A program made the position numbers and the translations under genes. Shown here piece after piece: positions 9,155 through 18,834 of a stretch of 64,000 bases of DNA. Location: IMG/VR virus record IMGVR_UViG_3300007169_000056. The stretch is one strand, 5' to 3'. Source of the DNA: a virus. Lineage: Duplodnaviria; Heunggongvirae; Uroviricota; Caudoviricetes. Position 1 is the stretch's first letter. Each line of letters begins with the position of its first letter. The notes beneath the pieces are model-generated. The model ran no database searches. It had not been told where the DNA came from and worked only from the letters and a program-made list of their open reading frames with translations.

Positions 9155-9203
9155 GGAATATATTTATGTTATCATGCTATGCAGCATATAACATTTTATT
9201 CCT

Positions 9204-10052
9204 ATGACACGAAACGACCTAAAACAAATCATTCAAGAAGTATATCAAGAAATTGTAAACGAAGTTAGAGCAGACGATCCACAAACTCAATCATTGATCA
9301 ATGAGTTTGGTATGTTGACCGAAGAATTGAATCGTGAAAAACAACGATTGAAAGAAATGGAAGCTAAACATACTGCCATGGAATCACAAATTCGAGCATT
9401 GTTGGAATCGCTTGAATCAGTAGAAGACAAAACATTGGTTACCGAGAAATTTATTGCTGAAATTACCAGAAAGGGTTATACGCGTGATAACATCAAATAC
9501 AAAGAAGCCTTTGCGTTGGCATTGACCAAGGTAAATGAAGCAACTCGTCGTGTATTGGAAGAGGCAGTAGAAGCAACTAAAGGTGTTACCAAAGTAGCAT
9601 CATCTATTGGTATCAAAGGTATACGTGAAGATCACGGTGTACCGGGCGAACATCTTGCTGGAATTGAAAAAGCAAAAATTGATATTGATTTGGCTAACAA
9701 GGCACTGTCGAGACTTGCTATGTCACCAGTTGCTGAAGCTGGTGGTTCTGTTCCTAATCATCCATCACCGTTTGAACCAACAAACGAGTCTGCTAAAGGC
9801 AAGGGTGGTTGGTTGAGTGGTAAAGGCAAAGGTGGAAAACCAGCAGTTCACCCTAGCAAAAAGGGTATGTTTGATGACAAGTCCAAAGCTGAGATTGAAA
9901 AGATGAAAGCAGCATTGGAAAAACAAAATGATGCTTTGAAGAAAGCTGGAAAACCAATTCCACATCAAAACAGAGTAAAGATGGCACAATACAATTTTGC
10001 ACTTAGAGCCAAGAGCAAAGGTGGTATTACAAAAAATGAGAATGAGAAATAA
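9204..10052 (+). CDS. coiled-coil protein with Lys/Gly-rich C-terminal half
   Basis: heptad-rich N-terminus, KGKGGWLSGKGKGGK low-complexity; followed by a terminator. Confidence 0.4.
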   Translation: MTRNDLKQIIQEVYQEIVNEVRADDPQTQSLINEFGMLTEELNREKQRLKEMEAKHTAMESQIRALLESLESVEDKTLVTEKFIAEITRKGYTRDNIKYKEAFALALTKVNEATRRVLEEAVEATKGVTKVASSIGIKGIREDHGVPGEHLAGIEKAKIDIDLANKALSRLAMSPVAEAGGSVPNHPSPFEPTNESAKGKGGWLSGKGKGGKPAVHPSKKGMFDDKSKAEIEKMKAALEKQNDALKKAGKPIPHQNRVKMAQYNFALRAKSKGGITKNENEK

Positions 10053-10081
10053 TTAGAATAGTGTTATCTAATTAGTATAAT

Positions 10082-10113
10082 CCCCACAAGATTGAGTTCT
10101 TGTGGGTTTTTTA
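10082..10113 (+). terminator. rho-independent terminator
   Basis: cccacaagattgagttcttgtggg hairpin followed by tttttt. Confidence 0.8.
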
Positions 10114-10149
10114 TTGACCCAACTATATCTATAAGATACGTTATAACTT

Positions 10150-10527
10150 ATGAACAAAAAACAAATGACCAATAGAGCAATTTCTATTCATTCAATTCTT
10201 CTCTACGCTCGTAAAATTAGAAAAATTCAATCAGAACAAATTGATCCATTTGTAAAGATGATTGAACAAGAGTTGTTGGAACTGTATCCGACGTTGCTTG
10301 GTAAAAACAGCGATGGTGTTGAAGACTGGACATGTGACATTCTTAGCGAATCTGACGATCAAGGTATTAGAGATGTGTTGGATCGTATTGAAAAAATTGA
10401 AAATGATCGACGTATCAAACAACAACAGGATAAAGACCCATCATCTGATGATGTGATCAATTCTATTTTAGATAGACTGAATAGACTTGAAAGTACAATG
10501 TATGATGATGATAAATCACATTCGTAA
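10150..10527 (+). CDS. acidic hypothetical protein
   Basis: ORF after the terminator; D/E-rich. Confidence 0.4.
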   Translation: MNKKQMTNRAISIHSILLYARKIRKIQSEQIDPFVKMIEQELLELYPTLLGKNSDGVEDWTCDILSESDDQGIRDVLDRIEKIENDRRIKQQQDKDPSSDDVINSILDRLNRLESTMYDDDKSHS

Positions 10528-10532
10528 ATTAT

Positions 10533-11153
10533 ATGAATGACAGAAACGATTTGGTAAATTTGTTTGAACAACACAAACTAACTGGAAGGGGCGTTGAGGT
10601 TGGTGCATTTGAGGGTGAATATGCTCAACAAATTCTTCAACGGTGGTCTGGAAAGTTGTATTTGATTGATGTTTGGGCAAAATTAGATGATGGTGAGTAT
10701 CAAGATGTTTTGAATAGTTGTAATCCGGTTACAACGTACACCAATTGTTTTAATAGTATTGCTGGACACGAACGTAGATGTCATATGTTAAGGTGTTTCA
10801 GCGAAGATGCTATTGAGTTTTTCGATGATGAATCCTTAGATTTTGTTTATATTGATGCCAATCATCGTTATGATTTTGTGAAACGAGATTTGGAAATGTG
10901 GTTTCCAAAAGTTAGAAAAGGTGGAATATTTGCCGGTCATGATTATTTTAGAATGAACTGGTATGATGGAAATTTTAATTCGAATGGTAAAGATAAACAT
11001 ATTTGGTCGGGACAACGCCCTGATGGATCGTATTCTTTTTACCATGGAGTATTTGGTGTAATCAGTGCCGTTGATGAATTTTGTACACAAAACAACTATA
11101 AAGTAAATACTACAAACGAAGAATGGGTTCGTTCGTGGTATATAATAAAGTAG
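10533..11153 (+). CDS. class I SAM-dependent methyltransferase (TylF/MycF-like O-methyltransferase family)
   Basis: motif I VEVGAFEGEYA; FVYIDANHRYDFVKRDLEMWFPKVRKGGIFAGHDY. Confidence 0.55.
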   Translation: MNDRNDLVNLFEQHKLTGRGVEVGAFEGEYAQQILQRWSGKLYLIDVWAKLDDGEYQDVLNSCNPVTTYTNCFNSIAGHERRCHMLRCFSEDAIEFFDDESLDFVYIDANHRYDFVKRDLEMWFPKVRKGGIFAGHDYFRMNWYDGNFNSNGKDKHIWSGQRPDGSYSFYHGVFGVISAVDEFCTQNNYKVNTTNEEWVRSWYIIK

Positions 11154-11159
11154 AAATAG

Positions 11160-11408
11160 TTGACAAAAAGCATTAGTATCTACTATATTATTAGCACTAT
11201 GAAGATTAGATTCTTAAAAAACATGGATATAGATATTGACAAGACCAACTTAAAAGAAGTATGGCCTCGTTATATTAATCGTAACGACATTTACAATGTT
11301 GACAAAATCGAAAGCATTGATAGTAGGTTTGTCAACTTGGTATTGGACAACAATGATGTGTTGTTGGAAGTACCCGTAGATAGTTTTCAGTGTATAAAAA
11401 GTAGATAA
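11160..11408 (+). CDS. hypothetical protein
   Basis: ORF only. Confidence 0.3.
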   Translation: MTKSISIYYIISTMKIRFLKNMDIDIDKTNLKEVWPRYINRNDIYNVDKIESIDSRFVNLVLDNNDVLLEVPVDSFQCIKSR

Positions 11409-11434
11409 TCGGTAATTTACCTATATTTATTTGT

Positions 11435-11785
11435 ATGACCACTGAAAAACTTAGACAACTTATTCGTGAAGCCATTGATGAAGTATTAAATGAATCATGT
11501 GCTGCGTGTTCGATGGAATCTTCTGAACCTACTGATGTGAAAAAGACCGATGATAACGGTGATGAACCGGGACGTGGATGGGAAACAGATGTAGGTGCCA
11601 AAATGGATCCAAGAGAAACGGATCCTACTGGTGGTGACTATGACCCAGACGAATTTCGTGAGTGGTTAAACAAAGCTAAAGATGATCCAGCTATTCAGTT
11701 GGTATTGAAAGAGTATGTTAACCACAAAGATAAAACAAAAGCAAATACAATACTGTTGAGTTTGTATAAAAAGAAAAGAGTCTAA
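11435..11785 (+). CDS. acidic hypothetical protein
   Basis: ORF ending at the bidirectional terminator. Confidence 0.4.
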   Translation: MTTEKLRQLIREAIDEVLNESCAACSMESSEPTDVKKTDDNGDEPGRGWETDVGAKMDPRETDPTGGDYDPDEFREWLNKAKDDPAIQLVLKEYVNHKDKTKANTILLSLYKKKRV

Positions 11786-11786
11786 A

Positions 11787-11817
11787 CAAAAAACCCACCG
11801 AAAGGTGGGTTTTTTTA
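11787..11817. terminator. bidirectional rho-independent terminator between convergent genes
   Basis: aaaaaacccaccgaaaggtgggttttttt: A-run, hairpin, T-run. Confidence 0.85.
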
Positions 11818-11818
11818 T

Positions 11819-13435
11819 TTAGTTTTTTGTTTCACAGTTAATTTCAACAACGAATGACCATATAGAAGATGGTGCTATTATTGAGTTTAGCATGAATTTT
11901 GCCGGAGTAGTTTCCGTTGGCCAGTTGGTGTGTTTTGAAATATACCATCCATTGCCTGAAGTAAAATTGCCAGGATGTGATACCGGAATTACTTTGATTG
12001 ACGATAGTGATAATTCGTTATTTTCAGCAAACCCAAATGGAAATTCGCTTAATGACAATGTTACAAATCCACTGTTTGTTGATCCGGGGTTGATTGATAC
12101 TTTTTTGGTTATTTTTGTAGCAAATCCACGATTGTTTCTTACGATGTAAGATTCAACAGAAGGATGAAACAGTTCTGGGATTTCAAACTTTTGACCCACA
12201 CCAAAGTCGGACAAATCGTTGTCGTTAAACACAAATCTTTCTATATTTGCACCACGTCCCAACCCTGATATTATAAATCTAGGCAATTCATCAAAACCGC
12301 TAGCTTCAAATGTGTTATTGATAAATGAAATGCTTTTGATTTTTGAGTTATTGGAAAATTTTATGATAGATTGATTAGCTTTCAATCCATTAAACTGGCA
12401 TCGTTCAAAACTAATTTCGTTTACTATTCCGTTCAAAATATCATTTTGAATATCAATCAGAGTGTCGTTCGCATTAAATATACAATCAGCAAAACAGATT
12501 TTTTTTGTTATATCAACAGATGTTGAACCGTTTTCACATCTACCGATAATAACATTCTGGAAAAAAACCTTTTCGTCGAATACTAGGTTTCTTATAGTAG
12601 TGTTTGTTGGCGACAGTTTGTATATGATTTTTGGTATACCGGGAAAACCTTGAGCACCCTGTGCGCCTTGAGCTCCTCCTGGCAACCCTTGTGGTCCACG
12701 GTCACCTTGTGGACCTTTATCACCAATTTGCCCTTTATCACCAACGGGTCCTTTATCACCATCAATTCCTTTGTCGCCGATGGGTCCTTTATCACCATCA
12801 ATACCATCTACGCCGTCTTTACCAGGCAAACCTTGTGCACCAATAAAACCTTGTGCACCAATAAAACCTTGCGGACCAATATCACCCTGTTCACCTTTGT
12901 CACCACGTTCACCTTTGTCGCCTGGTTCACCTTTGTCACCTTGTGGCCCTCTATATCCTTCTGGACCACCGGGTAGTCCTTGTGGCCCTATCAATCCTTG
13001 TGGACCTAAATCTCCCGGTTCGCCTTTGTCACCACGTTCGCCTTTGTCGCCTGGTTCGCCTTTGTCACCTTGCGGTCCTCTATATCCTTCTGGACCACCC
13101 GGAAGTCCTTGTGGACCACGATCTCCCAGTTCACCTTTGTCGCCTGGCTCACCTTTGTCACCTTGAATGCCTTTATCACCCTGTGGACCTTTAGCACCGC
13201 GATTTCCTACTAAATCACTGTCTATTATTTTGAATTTGTCGTCTTGAAAAACAACGACTCTAAAAGGATCTGAGTCATTTACAGGCGATGCACTAACGTT
13301 TTCACCAACTGGATATCCGTCTTTGTCGGTACGCATCAACAAATTAGCACCTTGAATCTCAACAGTTTTATTTGCTAAAACCTTATTGGTATCAGTGAAT
13401 TCTGCGTACTTTAACTGAGTTTTGATGATTGACAT
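11819..13435 (-). CDS. collagen-like tail fibre protein with a C-terminal non-collagen domain
   Basis: long Gly-X-Y tract (GPQGDKGEPGDKGERGDKGEPGD...), 538 aa. Confidence 0.7.
   Translation of the reverse strand: MSIIKTQLKYAEFTDTNKVLANKTVEIQGANLLMRTDKDGYPVGENVSASPVNDSDPFRVVVFQDDKFKIIDSDLVGNRGAKGPQGDKGIQGDKGEPGDKGELGDRGPQGLPGGPEGYRGPQGDKGEPGDKGERGDKGEPGDLGPQGLIGPQGLPGGPEGYRGPQGDKGEPGDKGERGDKGEQGDIGPQGFIGAQGFIGAQGLPGKDGVDGIDGDKGPIGDKGIDGDKGPVGDKGQIGDKGPQGDRGPQGLPGGAQGAQGAQGFPGIPKIIYKLSPTNTTIRNLVFDEKVFFQNVIIGRCENGSTSVDITKKICFADCIFNANDTLIDIQNDILNGIVNEISFERCQFNGLKANQSIIKFSNNSKIKSISFINNTFEASGFDELPRFIISGLGRGANIERFVFNDNDLSDFGVGQKFEIPELFHPSVESYIVRNNRGFATKITKKVSINPGSTNSGFVTLSLSEFPFGFAENNELSLSSIKVIPVSHPGNFTSGNGWYISKHTNWPTETTPAKFMLNSIIAPSSIWSFVVEINCETKN
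12890..13150. repeat. tandem duplication of about 130 bp inside the collagen-like gene
   Basis: caccacgttcacctttgtcgcctggttcacctttgtcacc...ggaccacc recurs 130 nt later; both protein copies read GPEGYRGPQGDKGEPGDKGERGDKGE. Confidence 0.7.
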
Positions 13436-13539
13436 ATGTTATAAATATCCACAAGTGGGTGATGTTATCTAAATAAATTAAACAGTCTTGGTGTTATAAA
13501 ATTGACAACACAATACATATAGACTATAAGTATAACAAA

Positions 13540-14142
13540 ATGAAAAGTTACGTAGATCATGTATTTACCAATTTTGAAGATTGCCGACAGGTGTATGATG
13601 AATTGTGTGCATTTGAAGCATTTTTGAGAGAATATAAACCCAACAACATTCTTGAGATTGGAACGTATACCGGTGTTACATTTTGGCTTATGTGTCAATA
13701 CAGTAGCGGATTCAAAGTATCTATTGATATTGTTCCACCCGAATATGCTGAAGAACGGGAAAAACACAGAATGTTTGCGTCTGATGTTGTATTGATCAAC
13801 GCGTCTTCACAAAATCCAAATACGGTCAATACAGTATTGAAACAGACTGACAACTCTAAATTTGATTTGATTTTCATCGATGGTGATCACACATTCGATA
13901 AGGTTATGGAAGATTTCAACATCTATTCCAAACTGTTATCGACCAGAGGTGTAGTAGCATTTCATGATATAAATCCAAACCACATTCATAAAGACACATA
14001 TGGTGTTCGACGTGTATGGGATGGACTGATAGGTCACAAGATGGAAATTATATCCAAACAAAAAGAAGGAACTGTTAAATATGGGTATCCACATAATAGC
14101 GGTGGAATTGGTATTTGGAAACCATTTAACTACATATACTAA
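13540..14142 (+). CDS. class I SAM-dependent methyltransferase (Methyltransf_24 / CmcI-like)
   Basis: ILEIGTYTGV motif I; FDLIFIDGDHTFDKV; VAFHDI. Confidence 0.55.
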   Translation: MKSYVDHVFTNFEDCRQVYDELCAFEAFLREYKPNNILEIGTYTGVTFWLMCQYSSGFKVSIDIVPPEYAEEREKHRMFASDVVLINASSQNPNTVNTVLKQTDNSKFDLIFIDGDHTFDKVMEDFNIYSKLLSTRGVVAFHDINPNHIHKDTYGVRRVWDGLIGHKMEIISKQKEGTVKYGYPHNSGGIGIWKPFNYIY

Positions 14143-14151
14143 CACTACAAA

Positions 14152-14349
14152 ATGAAATTATTTGCTGACAATCTAGTTCGTGTTGAAGAAAAAGAAATGA
14201 CAAAGTATACGAAACTCAAAGAAGGATCGGACATTGATCCGGGCGATTTGCTTCATATATTTGATGACATTTATGCAATCCTCGGTGAAGGCAATATTGT
14301 TTGTAAGTCCAAGGTGACTAAATTTAATATTGTTCTGAGAAAGAAATAA
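14152..14349 (+). CDS. small hypothetical protein
   Basis: ORF only. Confidence 0.3.
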   Translation: MKLFADNLVRVEEKEMTKYTKLKEGSDIDPGDLLHIFDDIYAILGEGNIVCKSKVTKFNIVLRKK

Positions 14350-14381
14350 CAACCAGATGTATATTTATTGTAATCTAACAT

Positions 14382-14747
14382 ATGAATTTTGTAACCACAC
14401 TTCTTACATTGACACATCAACTTCATGTATATCACTGGCAAGTTGATAGTTTTAGCGCTCATGAGGCTTTAGGCGAAGCATATACTGATCTTGATGGATT
14501 GATGGATCAATTCGTTGAAGTGTTCATGGGTAAAAACGGAAAGATTTCCTCCAAAGGCGGATTCAACATTAAATTATCAAATATAACGGATCAAGAACCA
14601 GTTGCGTTTATTGATTCTGCTATTGGGTATTTGACAAATGATCTTCCAAAGGAGATTAAAGAACAAGACACTGATCTTCTCAATATTAGAGATGAAATGT
14701 TGGCGGTTCTAAACAAGCTTAAATATAAGCTCGTAAACCTTAAGTAA
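14382..14747 (+). CDS. ferritin-like / Dps-like protein (short)
   Basis: HVYHWQVDSFSAHEALGEAYTDL resembles the Dps helix-A/B motif (HW.V.G..F..lHe..ee.Y). Confidence 0.3.
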   Translation: MNFVTTLLTLTHQLHVYHWQVDSFSAHEALGEAYTDLDGLMDQFVEVFMGKNGKISSKGGFNIKLSNITDQEPVAFIDSAIGYLTNDLPKEIKEQDTDLLNIRDEMLAVLNKLKYKLVNLK

Positions 14748-14760
14748 ACAAAACAAAGTT

Positions 14761-15009
14761 ATGAATCAAACACCACTACAAGCTCCACGCGGAGGCATCG
14801 ACGTTAAACAAACAACCGAAGTTAACTGCACCAACTGTGGAAACACTGTGTTTAATCAGGGAGTATTTCTCCGTAAAGTAAGCGCATTGATAAATCCAGA
14901 CGGAAGAGACGGTTATTTACCAATTCCAACATTCTATTGTGTTTCATGCGGATCGGTAAATGAAGAATTTGTTCCGAAGGAACTTCAGAATAAAATTCAG
15001 TTGTCGTAA
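14761..15009 (+). CDS. zinc-ribbon protein
   Basis: CTNCGN ... CVSCGS cysteine pairs. Confidence 0.4.
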   Translation: MNQTPLQAPRGGIDVKQTTEVNCTNCGNTVFNQGVFLRKVSALINPDGRDGYLPIPTFYCVSCGSVNEEFVPKELQNKIQLS

Positions 15010-15052
15010 TTTTTGGATGGTAATTGCTGACGAGTAAGTTCCGTGAAACCCA

Positions 15053-15883
15053 GTGAAGACAAGCGACTTCACATCCAAACTTATGTTTCCTACTTTTTAT
15101 CATTCAGGAGAAATAGGCGATTTGCTATATGGATTAAAAGTAATTCAGTCTGTAGGTAAAAGTGATTTATATTCTCATATTGATCTTCATATAGATTTCA
15201 ACCCCAATGTTGAAATGTGTGTGTTTCCAAACAAACCATTTGATCAAAGAACCTATAACTTTGTAAAAAGATTACTGTTACGACAACCGTACATAAACAA
15301 GTTTGAATATGGTGTTCCAGATCATATTGACTATAATCTGAACTATTTTAGAAAAACAGTATTTTACAGTCCACGGGTTAGTTATGCTGACATATATTAT
15401 GAGATCTGTGATGTTAATATAGATGTTAATGACGGATATAAACCGTGGATAGAATGTGATGCAAAATCACTAGCACCTATAAGTGTCATAAGAACCAATG
15501 GAGCCAATCGGACAATACCAAATTATCCTTGGAAAACTGTTGTACAAAAGTATAAAAATGAAATGGTTTTTTTAGGAACGAAATCCGAATATGAAGCTTT
15601 TACCGTACAAGCAGGTGGTAAAAAAATACAATGGTTTGACAGTACGGACATGTTATCCATATGTGAAGTAATAAACGGAGCAAAATTGCATATGGGAAAT
15701 TCAACGTCCATATCAGCGTGTGCTGAAGCATTGAAAAAGAATATGATATTTGAAGAATCGGCAAACCGACATGATTTTCCAGAAGAATATTGGGACTTTA
15801 GAAGAACAAATAGATTGAACGTGTATGCAAATGAACTTGACGTAGATCTAATAATGGAAAAAATCGAGTTATTTATGTCATAA
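15053..15883 (+). CDS. hypothetical protein, weak resemblance to GT9 heptosyltransferase N-terminus
   Basis: HSGEIGDLLYGLKVI resembles the lsslGDvv..lP motif; weak. Confidence 0.3.
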   Translation: MKTSDFTSKLMFPTFYHSGEIGDLLYGLKVIQSVGKSDLYSHIDLHIDFNPNVEMCVFPNKPFDQRTYNFVKRLLLRQPYINKFEYGVPDHIDYNLNYFRKTVFYSPRVSYADIYYEICDVNIDVNDGYKPWIECDAKSLAPISVIRTNGANRTIPNYPWKTVVQKYKNEMVFLGTKSEYEAFTVQAGGKKIQWFDSTDMLSICEVINGAKLHMGNSTSISACAEALKKNMIFEESANRHDFPEEYWDFRRTNRLNVYANELDVDLIMEKIELFMS

Positions 15884-15899
15884 TTCATATTTATGACAT

Positions 15900-16262
15900 G
15901 TGAATAAACAAAAGAAGTTAATCATTGCCAAGTTTGTCAAATATGTGTTGGCTCAACTAGGAATTACCAATTCGTTCAAAGTTCAATTGGTATCCGACAG
16001 AGATCCTTCATTTAAGACATATGCTTTTTATGATCCATCCACTGGACTAACTAAGGTATATGTTAAAAATCGTGGACTTGCAGATATACTTAGAAGCATA
16101 GCTCATGAATTTGTTCATCACAAACAAAACCAAGATAATCGTCTAAACGAACCACATCAAGATGTAGGTGGAAATATTGAGGATGAAGCAAACTCAAGAG
16201 CAGGATCTTTAGTAAAACAGTTTGGATACGATAATCCCAAATTCAAAATTTACGATTTGTGA
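15900..16262 (+). CDS. hypothetical protein with HExxH motif (possible Zn metallopeptidase-like)
   Basis: IAHEFVHH. Confidence 0.3.
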   Translation: MNKQKKLIIAKFVKYVLAQLGITNSFKVQLVSDRDPSFKTYAFYDPSTGLTKVYVKNRGLADILRSIAHEFVHHKQNQDNRLNEPHQDVGGNIEDEANSRAGSLVKQFGYDNPKFKIYDL

Positions 16263-16774
16263 TTTAAGTATAGTTGGTGTTTATCTTTTATTAGTTGCCA
16301 GATCGTTTCTCTTCTGTACCATTTATCAACTGATACTGTTTTGGTTGATTTGTTGTAATTTTTGTAGTGTGTAAAAAAGTCAGCGGTAACTTCCAAAAAC
16401 ACATCATCAATTTGATCGATATAAGTATAGTTATTTGGATTGTACAGTGGTATTCCGAGGATTTTGTAGTCGGGTACACCATTGTCAATTGTTTTTAATC
16501 CTCCGACAATTCTACATTCTACTAGTGTTCCTGTTTGAATCGGAACAGTGTTATAAACCAAAATATCCAAGGGATCACCATCATCACTGATTGTTTGTGG
16601 TATAAATCCATAACTAGCTGGATATCTCATGCTGCTAATCAAACAACGATCTAATCTAAAACAGTCATATTTTGGATCGTATTCGTACTTTGCACTACTA
16701 TCTTTTGGTATTTCTACTATTGCATTTACTATTTCTGGTGCTTTTTCACCGATAAAAATATCTAGTTTGTTCAT
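16250..16774 (-). CDS. ppa: inorganic pyrophosphatase (family I)
   Basis: signature DDGDPLDILVY; 174 aa typical size. Confidence 0.8.
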   Translation of the reverse strand: MNKLDIFIGEKAPEIVNAIVEIPKDSSAKYEYDPKYDCFRLDRCLISSMRYPASYGFIPQTISDDGDPLDILVYNTVPIQTGTLVECRIVGGLKTIDNGVPDYKILGIPLYNPNNYTYIDQIDDVFLEVTADFFTHYKNYNKSTKTVSVDKWYRRETIWQLIKDKHQLYLNHKS

Positions 16775-16777
16775 AAC

Positions 16778-16987
16778 TTAGTTTTCTTCACAGTGTATAT
16801 CAACTCTACACTTTTTTGTTATCACAAAGTATTCGTCCATCAAATACTGAATCACGTTGTCTATCATTATTCTCTGATCCTCCGAAACCTCTGTATGTTT
16901 GTGATAAACAACAACTGATTTACCACCGTTACGTACTGCGACTCTAATTCCTCTGACGTAAAATGGTTTTTCGTAATCCATATTCAA
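16778..16987 (-). CDS. small hypothetical protein co-oriented with ppa
   Basis: ORF abutting ppa on the minus strand. Confidence 0.3.
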   Translation of the reverse strand: MNMDYEKPFYVRGIRVAVRNGGKSVVVYHKHTEVSEDQRIMIDNVIQYLMDEYFVITKKCRVDIHCEEN

Positions 16988-17094
16988 AATCTAATTTGAT
17001 CTTTGTGAAATGTCAATAATATATAGTTGGACACATTTTTATTCTTGACCAAATAGTTCTTGACGCTAATAAAATGTGATGATACGTTCGGAAT

Positions 17095-17718
17095 ATGAAA
17101 TGTAAACAACTTGAATTCGACTTTAGATCACCAGCTGAAATAGAAGAAATAAATTTAGAGATCAAACAATGTATCGATAAATATGAAGCTGAAGAATATT
17201 TTCGTATAAACAAATACGCAGATTGGTGGTGTGATAGAGTTCCACGGTGGTTAGGGTGGGGAATTTATGATGGATACAGAAATACCATACTATGGATCAA
17301 GTCTACATATCAAAAACTTCGGTATGGAGTAAGTGATCAAGAATGTTGGAGTTTATCAAACACTTTTGCTGAGTATATTCTTCCAAGGTTGAAACATTTT
17401 CGTAAAATGAAAAAAGTTGGAGTTCCATCTTGTATGTTTGTAACAAGCTATCCAACAAACAAATATGGTATCGAATTAGCGGAAATTCAGTGGAATGAAG
17501 TTTTGGACGAAATGATTTGGACATTTGAATATATCATCGATTCCGAAAAGTTTAATCCAATTCCAACTACGGGTAGTTTGTTTGATTCTGAAAAACAAAA
17601 AACGCCAGATGAAATGAAAGAGTGGGATATTTATTTTGAAAGAGCAGAAAAGTTCAATGAACGTAAAAACAAAGGACTTCAACTGTTTGCTAAACATTTT
17701 GACAACCTCTGGGATTAA
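17095..17718 (+). CDS. hypothetical protein
   Basis: ORF only. Confidence 0.4.
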   Translation: MKCKQLEFDFRSPAEIEEINLEIKQCIDKYEAEEYFRINKYADWWCDRVPRWLGWGIYDGYRNTILWIKSTYQKLRYGVSDQECWSLSNTFAEYILPRLKHFRKMKKVGVPSCMFVTSYPTNKYGIELAEIQWNEVLDEMIWTFEYIIDSEKFNPIPTTGSLFDSEKQKTPDEMKEWDIYFERAEKFNERKNKGLQLFAKHFDNLWD

Positions 17719-17728
17719 ATTTCAAAAA

Positions 17729-17929
17729 ATGGAAGATCAAATCAAAAACATAATCACGACGTATTGTGACCAAATCAAAAACGAAGCCAACACCGAAACA
17801 ATATCCAAGTCGGTCAAATCAATAGATACAATTATACAGAAAATGTATATGGATTTGTACGGATTAAGAGACATAAGATACAATTGTGTAAAACCAGAAG
17901 ATACAGAAAAGAAAGGACATTGTTGTTGA
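17729..17929 (+). CDS. small hypothetical protein
   Basis: start trimmed to an internal Met avoiding overlap. Confidence 0.3.
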   Translation: MEDQIKNIITTYCDQIKNEANTETISKSVKSIDTIIQKMYMDLYGLRDIRYNCVKPEDTEKKGHCC

Positions 17930-17932
17930 AAT

Positions 17933-18118
17933 ATGAATGTAAACGAATTTGAAAGAACCAAACCAGTCGTCACAATGAAAAAGATCAACGATCTTTTACG
18001 ACGTATCGAAGAGGAACGTGTCAAAACTGAAATACTTTACAGAGACCGTGTGCGTAGTCTTGATGAAATAAAAGTAACAATACAAGACTTAAAATCATCC
18101 TTTATCAAAGGCGAATAG
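17933..18118 (+). CDS. small hypothetical protein
   Basis: ORF only. Confidence 0.3.
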   Translation: MNVNEFERTKPVVTMKKINDLLRRIEEERVKTEILYRDRVRSLDEIKVTIQDLKSSFIKGE

Positions 18119-18179
18119 ACAAATTAAACAAAATCCTAATTGTCGCCAGTATATTTTATATTTATTCTGACGACATATT

Positions 18180-18785
18180 ATGAATCTATTTGGATATGAT
18201 TTAACTACCGTTGAGCACCTGTTTCAAATCATTATAACAGGTGCAGCAGCATTTGGTATATTGTACAAAGTGATTTCTTGGATAAGTGGTAAACTTAAAA
18301 AAGAATACGAAAAGATAGTAAAAGTACACGACATGATTGAGTTTATATGTAGTGAACTCAAACCAAATCATGGATCTAGTCTCACCGACAAAATCAATCG
18401 TATCGAAAGCGATGTCAAAGAAAATACATATTTAACCAAACAAATTTGTAACCGACAACGATGGATTCTAAATTCAAAACAAGAACTCATATTTGAATGT
18501 GACAAAAAAGGTAATTGTACATGGGTCAGCGAAGAATATTGCAGACTGATGAATGTACCTCTAAAAGACTTTTTCAACAACGGGTGGAAAAATGTTATAC
18601 ACGAAGATGACCGTGAACGAGTAACAACTGAGTGGCAATCGGCGGTAAAAGAAAAACGAAATTCTCGTATATCATATCGTATCGTTTCCAAAGACGGTGA
18701 TGTCTACGAAGTGGAATCTACTGCCACAATCAGTGATGAGTTTGGATATATCGGAAAAATCGATATAATCAAAAAAGTTGAATAA
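18180..18785 (+). CDS. N-terminally membrane-anchored PAS-domain protein
   Basis: TM helix IIITGAAAFGILYKVISWI; PAS-like core WILNSKQELIFECDKKGNCTWVSEEYCRLMNV...NVIHEDDRERV. Confidence 0.45.
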   Translation: MNLFGYDLTTVEHLFQIIITGAAAFGILYKVISWISGKLKKEYEKIVKVHDMIEFICSELKPNHGSSLTDKINRIESDVKENTYLTKQICNRQRWILNSKQELIFECDKKGNCTWVSEEYCRLMNVPLKDFFNNGWKNVIHEDDRERVTTEWQSAVKEKRNSRISYRIVSKDGDVYEVESTATISDEFGYIGKIDIIKKVE

Positions 18786-18834
18786 CTTAATATAACTAGA
18801 CAGATCGTTTTTCATATGTCAATATCAACAACAT

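Noticed and set aside
12650-13197. Several + strand ORFs (12650-12976, 12771-13166, 12943-13194) inside the collagen-like gene
   Set aside because: Translations of the antisense of Gly-X-Y repeats (Pro/Ser/Leu-rich). The minus-strand collagen reading is far more coherent.
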